The position numbers were made by a program, and so were the translations under genes. Positions 23,880 to 34,010 of a stretch of 64,000 bases of DNA are shown one piece after another. A model generated the notes under the pieces. That model saw only the letters and a program-made list of their open reading frames with translations, had not been told where the DNA came from and did not search any database. The stretch is from Plasmodiophora brassicae (lineage: Eukaryota). Numbering within the stretch: position 1 is the first letter of the stretch; every line of letters starts with the position of its first letter. The stretch lies in contig CP145415.1 of NCBI GenBank assembly GCA_036867785.1, positions 558,001-622,000 on the forward strand, in the 5' to 3' direction.

Positions 23880-24540
23880 CAGGGCGTATTTCACCTGATG
23901 AAGCGCATCAAGGTGAAGAAGTCGCATCACTTCTATAGCCTGTACGTGATCGCTTGGAACCAAGACGATCTGGCCAAGGTCTTGTAACCACTGTAGCCTC
24001 CAGGTTCGGATTAGTGATCTTGGCCATAGGTAGAAGCGAGTTTACGAGCACGTGGGGAGGATCCCCTGTATTGGCGGGTTCATCGTAGAGACTACCTCCT
24101 GCGAGGTGTTCGACGCCGAATTCCTGTTCCAAGTGTCCTTCGTGGACGAGTCCAAGAGACATGCGGCCATTTCGCGAATCTTCTTGATCATTGCGGTATC
24201 AAATTGGACTTTCTATCATACGTCTTCTGACCTGTTGGATGTTTTCCATGAGTGCCGTTGTTCGACGATCGGGCGCACAAAGATCTTCAGAACCTGCTTG
24301 AGCACGTTGACAAAGGTTGTTGTAGCGATCCTGACGGAGACGACTACGTCTTCTATCAGGAGAATTGGCGTCGGTTCCAGCGGGCTGACGCTGTATCGAT
24401 GCTCAAGGGGAACCAATTGCTGTGAAAGCAACCACCGCGTTCAGAAGAAGAAGTTCGGATCTCTGAACGCCGGCATTGCGCTAACAGAAGCGCTGATGCT
24501 TCAGCACGTTCTCCGGACCAACGTGCGAATCATAGGCCCG
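23880..24540 (+). mobile_element. Decayed KDZ (Kyakuja-Dileera-Zisupton)-like DNA transposase fragment
   Basis: Collinear motifs VFHLMKRIKVKKSH, VRRRIPVPSVL, PLFDDRAHKDLQNLLEHVDKGCCSDP and GLTLYRCSRGTNCCESNH..RTNVRI. They are interrupted by intron-like stop-containing segments and a frameshift near 24355. Confidence 0.65.
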
Positions 24541-24561
24541 GGCACTACAAGATCGGGCATT

Positions 24562-24725
24562 TCCATTCCTAGAAGATCCAATTCGCGTGCCGTTGATAAT
24601 ATCAGACTAGCTAAACACCATATCACCAATACGATAGGTATCAGGGCAACCGCAATCCATTCCTAGAAGATCCAATTCGCGTGCCGTTGATAATATCCGA
24701 GTAGCTAAACATCATATCATCAGTC
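24562..24725. repeat. Two ~70-bp direct repeats (94-bp period) immediately upstream of the ATG at 24731
   Basis: tccattcctagaagatccaattcgcgtgccgttgataatatc occurs identically at 24562 and 24656, followed by near-identical (a/c)ga(c/g)tagctaaaca(c/t)catatca. Confidence 0.95.
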
Positions 24726-24730
24726 ATCTC

Positions 24731-26092
24731 ATGGGTTCTGTCATCGTCGTTATCGCAATCGCTAGTCTTCAAATTCTATCGGCCGCTGCGCTATCATGTC
24801 GTGCCGATGGTGCTTGCGCCATTTACGTTCCAACGGGGAAAGATTCAGCCCAGAATCCCTGCTATAGTTACGATGGCACAAATCTGGCTCTGACTCTTTG
24901 GCATGGAGGTTATAATCTTGGTTCTGCAGGCGTCTATTCCATGTCGATCACGAGCAGCGGTCCATTGAAGACCATTGTCAATGACAACTCCCGTGCGTTT
25001 GTGAATCTGCCTGGGTCGTGCTGGAGCGCTCACGGGACCATCACGCTCGCTTCCGATGGCGCTACGACTGATGAGGTATCAGTCGTGAATTCGGACGGTT
25101 CTGGTTATCATCAGGTGACCAATCACAACGGAGCGAGCTATATCGAACCGAGCTTTTCGTCCGACGCCAATCGGATCGTGTTCGAGTCGTCGATCTCTTC
25201 TACATCGGCAGAAATCTGGATGGTTAATTCGGACGGAACCGGTCTGAAAAGGCTGACTTCAGGTTCCCAAGATCGTCAGCCGAATTGGTCCCCAAAAGGC
25301 GATAAGATTCTGTTCCAAAGGTTCACAAACGACTGGGCGATTTACACGATGAACACTGATGGAAGCAGTATAACCCGAGTGACGCCAACGACATGGTCGT
25401 CGACCGATGCAGCGTTCTCTCCTGATGGACAATTCATCGTCTTCTCAGGTGCCGACAGCACGACCGTTGGCGCTCGTATCGCCATCGTGTCGATATCGGG
25501 CTCAACGAACCCGGTCTTTATCACGAATAGTGCTGGATATGATGGGGCAGCGAGCTGGTCTCCCGATGGATCATCCATAGCCTTTGAGACATCGACAAAT
25601 CCGAATGCTAATTCACCGACGTCCATCTATCAGATATCGGTACCGATCAAGTTCAGGCCGTCGACACCGTCGTCGACTCCTGCGACCTCGAAATCAACGC
25701 CGACTGGAACGATATCGAAGCCAGCTCCAACACCATCGACGTCTGGTCCAACCCCGAGACCAATGCCGATTGGAACGATATCGAAGCCAGCTCCAACACT
25801 ATCGACATCTGATCCAATACCGACTTCAGTTCCACAACGCTCCGATCCGACCTCAAATCCTTCGCCGACTGTATCGTCGCCACGAATCGTGACCTCGAAG
25901 CCGATAAAGATCTCAACGACCCCAACCTCATCTTCGAAACCGTATGAGGGTGTTCCATTATCGTCTAAGGCCTCGACCGCTGCGATTGCGAGCAGTATGA
26001 CCACTACATTGGTAACGGCTCGGACGAACAGAACGACAGCTCAATCTCTGAACTCTTTCCTCAACAGGTCATCGCGATCCTCGTGTTCTTGA
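24731..26092 (+). CDS. Secreted TolB-like (PD40/WD40-like beta-propeller) protein with a Ser/Thr/Pro-rich tail
   Basis: Signal peptide MGSVIVVIAIASLQILSAAA. Repeats EPSFSSDANRIVF, QPNWSPKGDKILF, DAAFSPDGQFIVF, AASWSPDGSSIAF, IWMVNSDGTGLKRLT. Mucin-like C-terminus. No introns. Confidence 0.9.
   Translation: MGSVIVVIAIASLQILSAAALSCRADGACAIYVPTGKDSAQNPCYSYDGTNLALTLWHGGYNLGSAGVYSMSITSSGPLKTIVNDNSRAFVNLPGSCWSAHGTITLASDGATTDEVSVVNSDGSGYHQVTNHNGASYIEPSFSSDANRIVFESSISSTSAEIWMVNSDGTGLKRLTSGSQDRQPNWSPKGDKILFQRFTNDWAIYTMNTDGSSITRVTPTTWSSTDAAFSPDGQFIVFSGADSTTVGARIAIVSISGSTNPVFITNSAGYDGAASWSPDGSSIAFETSTNPNANSPTSIYQISVPIKFRPSTPSSTPATSKSTPTGTISKPAPTPSTSGPTPRPMPIGTISKPAPTLSTSDPIPTSVPQRSDPTSNPSPTVSSPRIVTSKPIKISTTPTSSSKPYEGVPLSSKASTAAIASSMTTTLVTARTNRTTAQSLNSFLNRSSRSSCS
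25699..25812 (+). repeat. Intragenic repeat in the mucin-like tail (66-bp period)
   Basis: ccga(c/t)tggaacgatatcgaagccagctccaacac..tcgac.tctg occurs twice, encoding PTGTISKPAPTPSTS and PIGTISKPAPTLSTS. Confidence 0.9.
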
Positions 26093-26525
26093 TGATGTGT
26101 TGAAGAGTATGATGTTCACATTGTACCTCAATACACTGAGATTCTCAAGTATTTAAGAAGTCGAACATGGCGTATTTTCAAGAACGTGGGTAGTTAGGTG
26201 GTGCCGGTGCACTCCACGCGCGCAAATGTTGGTGTGTGTCACATTCGCATGACCGTGTTTGTCCGTGAACCGGTCGCGTGACTGGTGACTCACGGGGGGC
26301 GGCTGCCGCGCGGAAGGCACTCGGCGCGGCAGCTGCGATGGCCGTCGTCACCCAGTGGTCTAAATATAGATAGCCCGTCGAACCGCGCGCGTCGCGTTGT
26401 GGTCGACGGTCGGGGGGAGGGCTTTGACCGGCGACCGCTGTGGGCCGTGCAGCACGCGGCCGGCGCGACTGCGACGCGGCGGGAACCCGTCCCCGTCATT
26501 TCGCAAACGCGTCGCTGCAGTTCGG

Positions 26526-27911
26526 ATGACGTCGGGTCGGGACGATGAAAGCGGGCGGGCGCGCGACGTCGGCATCGTCGCCGTCGACGTGTACTTCCCG
26601 AAGCGGTACGTCGACCAGGCCGACCTGGAGCGGTACGAGGGCGCCGCCGCCGGCAAGTTCACGATCGGCCTCGGGCAGACGCGCATGGCGTTCGTCGACG
26701 ACCGCGAGGATATCTATTCGATCGCGCTGACGGTCACGTCGCAGCTGATGGAGAAGGCGGGCGTGCCGTACAGCGACGTCGGGTTCCTGCAGGTCGGCAC
26801 CGAGACGATCATCGACCACAGCAAGTCGGTCAAGTCCGTCCTCATGCAGTTGTTCGGCGACAACACCGATGTCGAAGGCGTCGATTCCGTCCACGCCTGC
26901 TACGGCGGTACGAATGCGCTGTTCAACGCGGTCGCCTGGATGCAGTCGGACGTGTGGGACGGGCGGTACGCCCTGGTCGTTGCCGCCGATATTGCCGAGT
27001 ACGCTGCGGGTCCTGCGCGCCCCACCGGCGGCGTTGGGGCCGTCGCCATGCTGATCGGGCCGAACGCGCCCATCGTCCTGGAGCCGTGCCGGGCAACGCA
27101 CATGGAGCACGCCTACGATTTCTACAAGCCGAACCTGATGTCACCGCATCCGGTCGTCGACGGGCACCTGTCGAACATGTGCTATCTGAAGAGCCTGGAT
27201 CAGTGCTATCAGCGGTACGTCCGGAAGTCGCCGCTGGGCAGCTTCTCTGTCGTCGGCGGCGACGCCGATTACGCCGTGTTCCACGCGCCGTACAACAAGC
27301 TCGTCCAGAAGAGCTTCGCCCGGCTGCTGTTCAACGACTTCCTTCGCGACCCGGAGAACGACCTGTTCGATGGCGTCCGCGGGGTCGCCTCCGACATCCC
27401 GCTGGAGGCGTCCTACGACTCGAAGCCGCTGAACGATGCGTTCTCGAAGGGCATGAAGCACTTGTACAACGAGAAAGCGGAACCCGCGACGTTGCTGCCG
27501 AAACTCGTCGGCAACATGTACACGGCGTCGCTCTACGCCGGGCTGGTGTCGCTGCTCTCGACGCAACCGTCCAGCCAGCTGGCTGGCAAGCGCATCCTGA
27601 TGTTCTCCTACGGCTCTGGGCTCGCGGCGTCAATGTTCTCGTTCCGGGTGGCGTCTGACGCGGCTTCAGTTTCCGCTTTGGACCGCATCCGCGGTTACGT
27701 CAACCTGGAGCGCCGGATCGCGGCGTGCCAGCAGGTCGTACCGGACGTCATGGTGAAGGCGCTCGAGCGTCGCGTCGAAGTTCACGGTATGTCGTCGTTC
27801 GTCCCGACCGGCTCGCTCGGCGACCTTGTCGATGGCGCGTTCTACCTCACCGAGAAGGACAAACGGTGTCGCCGGTTCCATCAGCGCCTGACACGTAAGC
27901 CTGCGGTATGA
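26526..27911 (+). CDS. HMGS: Hydroxymethylglutaryl-CoA synthase (eukaryotic type)
   Basis: GKFTIGLGQ, QVGTETIIDHSKSVKS, ACYGGT (catalytic Cys), ARPTGG, HAYDFYKP, FHAPYNKLVQKS, GNMYTASLY, FSYGSGLA. Intronless. Confidence 0.97.
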   Translation: MTSGRDDESGRARDVGIVAVDVYFPKRYVDQADLERYEGAAAGKFTIGLGQTRMAFVDDREDIYSIALTVTSQLMEKAGVPYSDVGFLQVGTETIIDHSKSVKSVLMQLFGDNTDVEGVDSVHACYGGTNALFNAVAWMQSDVWDGRYALVVAADIAEYAAGPARPTGGVGAVAMLIGPNAPIVLEPCRATHMEHAYDFYKPNLMSPHPVVDGHLSNMCYLKSLDQCYQRYVRKSPLGSFSVVGGDADYAVFHAPYNKLVQKSFARLLFNDFLRDPENDLFDGVRGVASDIPLEASYDSKPLNDAFSKGMKHLYNEKAEPATLLPKLVGNMYTASLYAGLVSLLSTQPSSQLAGKRILMFSYGSGLAASMFSFRVASDAASVSALDRIRGYVNLERRIAACQQVVPDVMVKALERRVEVHGMSSFVPTGSLGDLVDGAFYLTEKDKRCRRFHQRLTRKPAV

Positions 27912-28038
27912 TCCCGTCGCTCGCCCATCTCAGTACATCAGCCATACATTTCCAATGTTTCCACCGGGGACGCGAGAGGTCATGCAATGGCAATGTCGAC
28001 AGGGACTGCGATAAAGATGTTTAAATTAAGACCGACAT

Positions 28039-31000
28039 CTAGGCTCTGCCCATGCGTCGACGTCTGCGCGGCGGGCTCTGGACAATCTCGAAAGCGCCAT
28101 CAGAATCAACAGGCGGCTGCCAGGCCTGCAGCCCCCTGATGAGCGGCTTCAGGTCCTTCTTCTTGTACACCGCGTCCAGCATCGGGCTGCCGTACACACG
28201 ATCATTGGTGCTGCGGTAATCCCAGATTGGATGCCTGGGAATAACACCCGCGCCGCCAGCTTGCAGGCAGGCTATCATGGCGTCGCGCTGCGCTTGCGTG
28301 TACTTCTCAACGAGCTCGTTCGAGTTTCGTGATGTCGAGTAGCAACCTTCGAGTGACGGGAGACAGACGCTGCCCCGCTTGGCGTTGTGTGCGGCGGCGT
28401 CCGGTTTGTCGATGGACTGTTTGAACCAGAGGAGCAGGCATCCCCAGATGAAGGCCTGTGTGTACGGCTTCGGCGTCAGGAGCGACTCATCGTCAGGGTT
28501 GGTGATATTGAGGCCCAGCTCGGAGAAGTGAACAGGCGGCGACTTCACCAGCGGATAGTTCGTCATGCAGTAGAACGTGTCCGTGTACGCGTACAGGTGG
28601 ACGATGTCGGCGGCGACATGATGAAAGCATGAGGTCGACGGTTGCATACTGCGCAGGAGGTCGCGGAATTCGATCAACCGCGACACCATCTCCCGTCGCG
28701 ACTGAACCTTATAGTTCGTACATTCGACGAGACGAACAAGGTCAACGTCGTCAAGCAACGGAGCGATCTTCTTCGCGGCAGAAGCAATAACCGAATCCTC
28801 GGCGTTCCATATGCGGTCAATGACTTCGTCGGGCGTCAGTAACCGAAGCGGTGGTTCCGTGATGCCCCCAGATTCCCGCAGAACGTACTTCACCTTGTCC
28901 AGTGCAATCGACAGACACTGAAGCCGGCTCTCGATCACACCGAGCGTGTCGAGCTCGGCCGCCTCCTTGGTGTAGGCGAACTTCGACAGTTGCATAAGCT
29001 CCTTAGGCAGAGCAGACTTTTCGAACTCAATGTACTCCAAGATCAGCGACGCGAACTTGACGGCCCATTCAGGCAGACCGTCCAAGACAGATCCCATAAA
29101 ATGCCTGTGCCGGAATGTGGGACGTTGGCGGTACTGCATTGCAACGCGTATTACCATTTCTGTAGGCGACCCCGATCGCTGGAACTCAAGGGCTCAACGC
29201 AAGCACGAAGAAGCAGGGACGTCCGCTGTGTAAACCCGTGATGAACACTAGGCAAACAACCTTAGTTCAAGTCAACGCACACAGATGGTACGATCAGTAC
29301 GCACTTCAGGACCTGCTGAAATTGATCAGGGCCAGCAAACTGAACATATCGACCGCGGCATATCGACCAGCCGCAGAAGCACACAGCATTCTTGGCCTCT
29401 TCGGGGCTTTCGGTGACGCTATGGTAATCGAAAGTCAACTCTTCGTTCGGTGCAATGTCGCGTAGGGCGATGACCTGAGCATGGGTCACACAAAACGGTC
29501 TTGTACACGACGAAGCCACGAACGCCCTTACAATGATAGCGAATCGTCCGTTGGCCGCGACGCAAACACTCGTACAGTTGGGGCTGCAACTATGGGACAG
29601 ACGAGACGCATAGTTCCCTTTGCGGCAGGCGTCCAAGTAAAGAACGTCGTATCCGAGTCCATCGTCGCGATGCCGCTCTAGAAGAATGTTATAGAAGCCA
29701 AACGAAAACGGCGTCATGTAGACTTTCTGGAACTGCTTCAATACGGCTTGCTTTTCGAACCATCGCCAAGGCGGGTACACCTCCCCGACGTACTCCACAA
29801 TGAAATCGTTCTTCTTGAACCCGTTGCGGTTGAGACATATAACGCCATGGCCCTTGTCGTACACTGGGAGAGAGAGGCCTGGCAGATATATTTGTCAGTA
29901 CAGAACAGCAGGAGAGAGGGTTTGCGCCGACTCACCCGACTTGATGCTTTGAATCAATGACTGCGCCCGTTCGTATGACGTAGTGTCGTTTGCAAGTTCG
30001 GCGTCTGATGCCATCGCCTTTAGAGAAAACAACATGTGGTTCGAGCGCCTTTGAGGGTCATCAGTAGGTACATGCATGTTGATATACCGAAGGATTTTCG
30101 ATTCGATGAATCCAGTCGCATCTGCATCAGATGGAATAACGTTCGTCAGCGCCTAAGAGTAAAACATTGTCAGATCCTCATTCCGAAACGATGATACCAA
30201 TGCCACCGTTTTAATCAGCTTGTGCGTGTGTGAGTCGATCCCGTACACGTTCCTCTTGTCGATATCAACATTAAGCTTCTTTCCTCGATTGAGAGACACT
30301 CCTCGGTTAAGGCACTCGGCAGGATCACACAGGCAATCATCGCTGCATTCGGTCATGTTGGACCTGCACAGCCACTCAGTATGCGGTATCCTGAGCCCCA
30401 ATCACACATGCTGACCGATCCGGCGCAAGCGATTCGAAGTGAGCCTTGTTGACGTCGTACGCACCGACATCTTCTAGGCGTAGGCAGTACTGCCCATCAC
30501 ATTGCCCACGTTTTGATGATGCCAATTTTCGTCTCACAGTCTCCTCGTCCACAGCCATCACCGATTCGTCCAACGTTTCATACGGATGTATCAGCGGAGG
30601 AGTCTAAACACAGGCTCAGCGGAGGGTCGAGACACGGCTCTCGCAGGCGTACCTCTTCGGGTTCAAAAACGCGTTTCGCTTCGGCAACTGTCCTTTCCAC
30701 GTACAGTAGCATGGACTCTGCTTGCTGCGCGTACAGGGTCTCGGGATGGTTGTACTTCAGACAGTTGTAGAATATGAGATCAACGTCCGCCCTGAATTCG
30801 TCAAGGTTCTACGATTTCGATTCAGTGGCCCACTCACAGCCACTATGGCTCGCGTACGCAACCTGGTATCGTTGGAGGAGAACGTTCTTCTTGACAGTCG
30901 ACAGGTCCATTGGCCGCTCTATGACTTCGAGGTAGTCGGTGACCTGACGTAGGATGAATGACTACGCTACGAAGAACGCAGCAAGTGCCGGTACCTTCGT

Positions 31001-31751
31001 CACATCAACCGGTTGGTGGAAGAACTTGTACTTGTCGCGCTTCTTCAAGCGCTCCACAAGCTCCAGCAGCTGCGTTTTCCTGGCCTGATCGCGAGCATGC
31101 TGCTCGGATTGTTGGACGCTTAGCAGCGTCGACACGGGATTGGCCTCCGCTTTCGAATCGGATTGCGACTTCCGCTTGATGACCGACTTCTTCACCGTGA
31201 TCTTGAACTTCTTCACCGAGATGAACGGCTTCGGCTTCGATGACGATGTGCGAATCCGCTTCGCCTTCTGGCGTCGAACTGTCCCGGGAGTAACTGCATC
31301 AGGATCCAGTTGGGAACGCTACGCACTGGTCTGACCTGCAATGCTCTTCCAGTCCAGAGAATTCGTCACAGACTCTTTCATGAGCCTGGAGAGCACGCGT
31401 TCCACTTGAGATCGGCGGGCGAACTTCGAGAACAGCACGTCCGTTACAGGCAGCGTGCCGTCGTCGTTGGAGGACGTGGTTCGCTCCACGGTAACGATCG
31501 GGATTTGCGTACCATTCATCACGCCATGATGTTCAATCACCTACACGGCAAGTAATCAGACCCAGAATCGAGAACATGAGGGGGGCGGCGCGCACCATCG
31601 GGGTCGCCAACGACGCCGGCCCGCCGAACACAGACGACGACGCCGGCGTGGCGGGCGATATCTTGGGAAACAGTGGCGCCGACGATCGCGCATCGTCGAG
31701 CACGCTGTTCTGGTCAGCCGTCGCGTCGGCGCCGCCGCCGTGTCCGTCCAT
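28039..31751 (-). CDS. ATXR3/SDG2-like SET-domain histone methyltransferase with an N-terminal bromodomain
   Basis: SET domain: KGHGVIC..FIVEYVGEVYPPWRWFEKQ..FYNILLER..KGNYASRLSHSCSPNC..EELTFDYHSVTES..VCFCGWSICRG. ATXR3-type C-terminus ending YGSPMLDA. Bromodomain: KFFHQPVD|..DYLEVIERPMDLSTV..DVDLIFYNCLKYN. Confidence 0.88.
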
Positions 31752-32085
31752 GGGCGCCCTCCGACGCCCGACGACCAACGGACACTCGCCGCCGCCTCGG
31801 ACTTCCGCCTACGCACAACCTGCACCGGGCCCCGCGCGGCAGCAGCTTTTGCGACACTTACGTGATGCACACCCGAACCGACAGCACGTCGTACGCCGCT
31901 GCCGTTGGCTGCCTCTTCTGTAACACGCCCGGAGTATATCCCGTTGGCGAATGTTCTTTGGCGACCGTTTTTCGGGATGGGCCCAGTCGATGTCGATTCC
32001 CTCAGGACGGGTCAGAGGCGCCCCCCGCGGCGTCTGTGACGGCGGCGCGACCCGTGGGCGTTAGCGGGGCGGCCTTTGTCTGTTG

Positions 32086-32550
32086 ATGGGTCCGATGCCG
32101 CCGGGGACGCGCTTGAGGAGGTGGGTCGTATGGCTCAACGCGAAACGCAAGGAACGCGGGTACCTGACCGCGATCGGCACCGCGGTCGTCCTGGTGTGGG
32201 GCGTGATTGCCGCCGCGATTCTGTCGTGCTTCCTGCCGCTCCTGATGGCAATCGTGTGGATCGCGCCCACGACGCCCGTCATCGACCTGTCCGCTTCAGC
32301 AACCGCCCCGGATTTGGACCCGTTCCTGTAAGGCACAGCGTACCTGCGCCTGGTTCCTGCCCTGGTGACCGTTGGCAGCAGGTCCCCGATCAAGTCCACC
32401 AGACGTGTCCGCTTCGACCTGGTCCAGAATCAGGTGTGGGAGTTCGTCCAGCGGTCACCATCTGTATCCAGCGCCGGCAGCGACATCAGCTACGACAGCG
32501 ACGAGGACTGGGCGCTGAATCCCGACGACCCCGCCCCCGTCGAGCAATAG
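32086..32550 (+). CDS. Small membrane protein with an RVxF-type PP1-docking motif
   Basis: Exon 1 encodes a long hydrophobic hairpin. An intron (gtaagg...cagcag, about 32328-32381) joins it to SPIKSTRRVRFDLVQNQVWEF and an acidic tail. Confidence 0.6.
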
Positions 32551-32797
32551 CGCAGGGCACACACATCCTGCCCTGGCCCGTCGTCGTCGTCGTTGTCGCC
32601 TCTATGTTTCATCCGTTCCTATAAATTATACGTTCACCTACGCGACCCTGTTCGCGAGCAACAACCGCAATGTTCCAGATGACGGTGCCGCTCGGGTGAC
32701 AACGACAAACAGCCGTTCCTGCTGCACGTCCCAGGAAGCAGACGCCCGAACGTACGCCGCTAATTCGGCGCAGCGAGCGAGGGCGCCGCTCGCCCGC

Positions 32798-33962
32798 ATG
32801 GAGCAGGGGCAGGCGTCATCGTCCACGCGGGCCCATCGCCGGTGCCTGCGATGGATGCTCGAGGAGTGGCAGCCGAAAGTGCCGCTGCCGATGCTGCTGG
32901 CCATCTTAGTCGGCATCAGCGCCGGGTGCGCTGGCCTGGCCGCCGTCCTGTTGCTGGAATCCGCCCGCGTCCGAACCGTCGAGGTTCGTCGCACCGCCCT
33001 GCAGGGGGATCAGCCTTGACGGGGTCCTTTCAGATGGTGCGACGATACGACGACCTGTGCGGCAGCGACACGACCTGCACGGTGCCGTTTCCCATCCAGC
33101 ACGACATGGAGGCGCCCATCAACGTGTACTACGGGCTGACCAGCTTCAACCAGAACACGAGGTTGTACACGGGAACGTTTGGGCTCTGCACCAACCAGTT
33201 GCAAGCGGTTCGTGGTGGACCAACGCCGATGTGGACTGGGGGATGATCAACTGATGGAGTCGATAGGCGAGCTCGTGCAGCGATGCGTTCCATGGGAACG
33301 GCACCGGTGGGGCGATCGCGTTCCCGGAGGGGCTTCAGCCGTTCTCGCTCATGAACGACGTGTTCACGATTTCGGTGACGAACGTCGGTGGCCAGACGTC
33401 GCCGGCTAACACGGCCAGCGATTCGATCACATGGGCGAACGAAGCCGATAAGGTTGGATGACGTGCCTGAGGTGGAGCCGGCGGCTGATGGGTGGAACAG
33501 TTTGGAACGCGCGGGCCGGCACAAGGTGAGACGCTGACGATCGTTAGACGAAACCAGGCAGGGGCGTTCGTGAACGTGACAATGCCGAACGTCAACAAGG
33601 ACCAAGCGTTTCAGAACTGGCTCAAGCCAGCAGCCCTGCCAAGATTCAGAAAGCTGTTCGCGGTACGATGGCATGTGTTACTCTGCCTGGTGGCCCGCGT
33701 CTGACTCGTGCCGCACCAGAGAGTAATGGAGTCGGTCGTCAGCGGGTCCACGATAACGATAACGATAGGGAACCACTACGAGCACCCGCGGCCGGACGGG
33801 CACAAGTTTCTAGTACTGTCAACGAAATCCTGGATGGGGACGCAGAACGATGGCCTGGGCATCGCATTCGCCGTCTTGGCAGGGATCTACCTGTTGGCAG
33901 GTCTGACTCTAGGCACCCTGTATCTAATTGGAAAACATCGATCTATACAACCCGTCGGTTAA
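32798..33962 (+). CDS. CDC50/LEM3 family P4-ATPase (flippase) beta subunit
   Basis: N-terminal TM helix, MEAPINVYYGLTSFNQNTRLY, FQNWLKPAALPRFRKLF, KFLVLSTKSWMGTQNDGLGIAF and a C-terminal TM helix. Confidence 0.88.
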
Positions 33963-34010
33963 GCTGCCGTCATGACGAACGCGCATAGCATACGGGGACT
34001 GGCAATGTAT

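Noticed and set aside
24052-24666. 204-aa plus-strand ORF as an intact gene
   Set aside because: Only its 3' part carries transposase motifs. The rest is an off-frame reading of the relic plus the promoter repeat.
24562-24725. Direct repeats considered as a CRISPR array
   Set aside because: There are only two long copies, the context is eukaryotic, and there are no cas genes.
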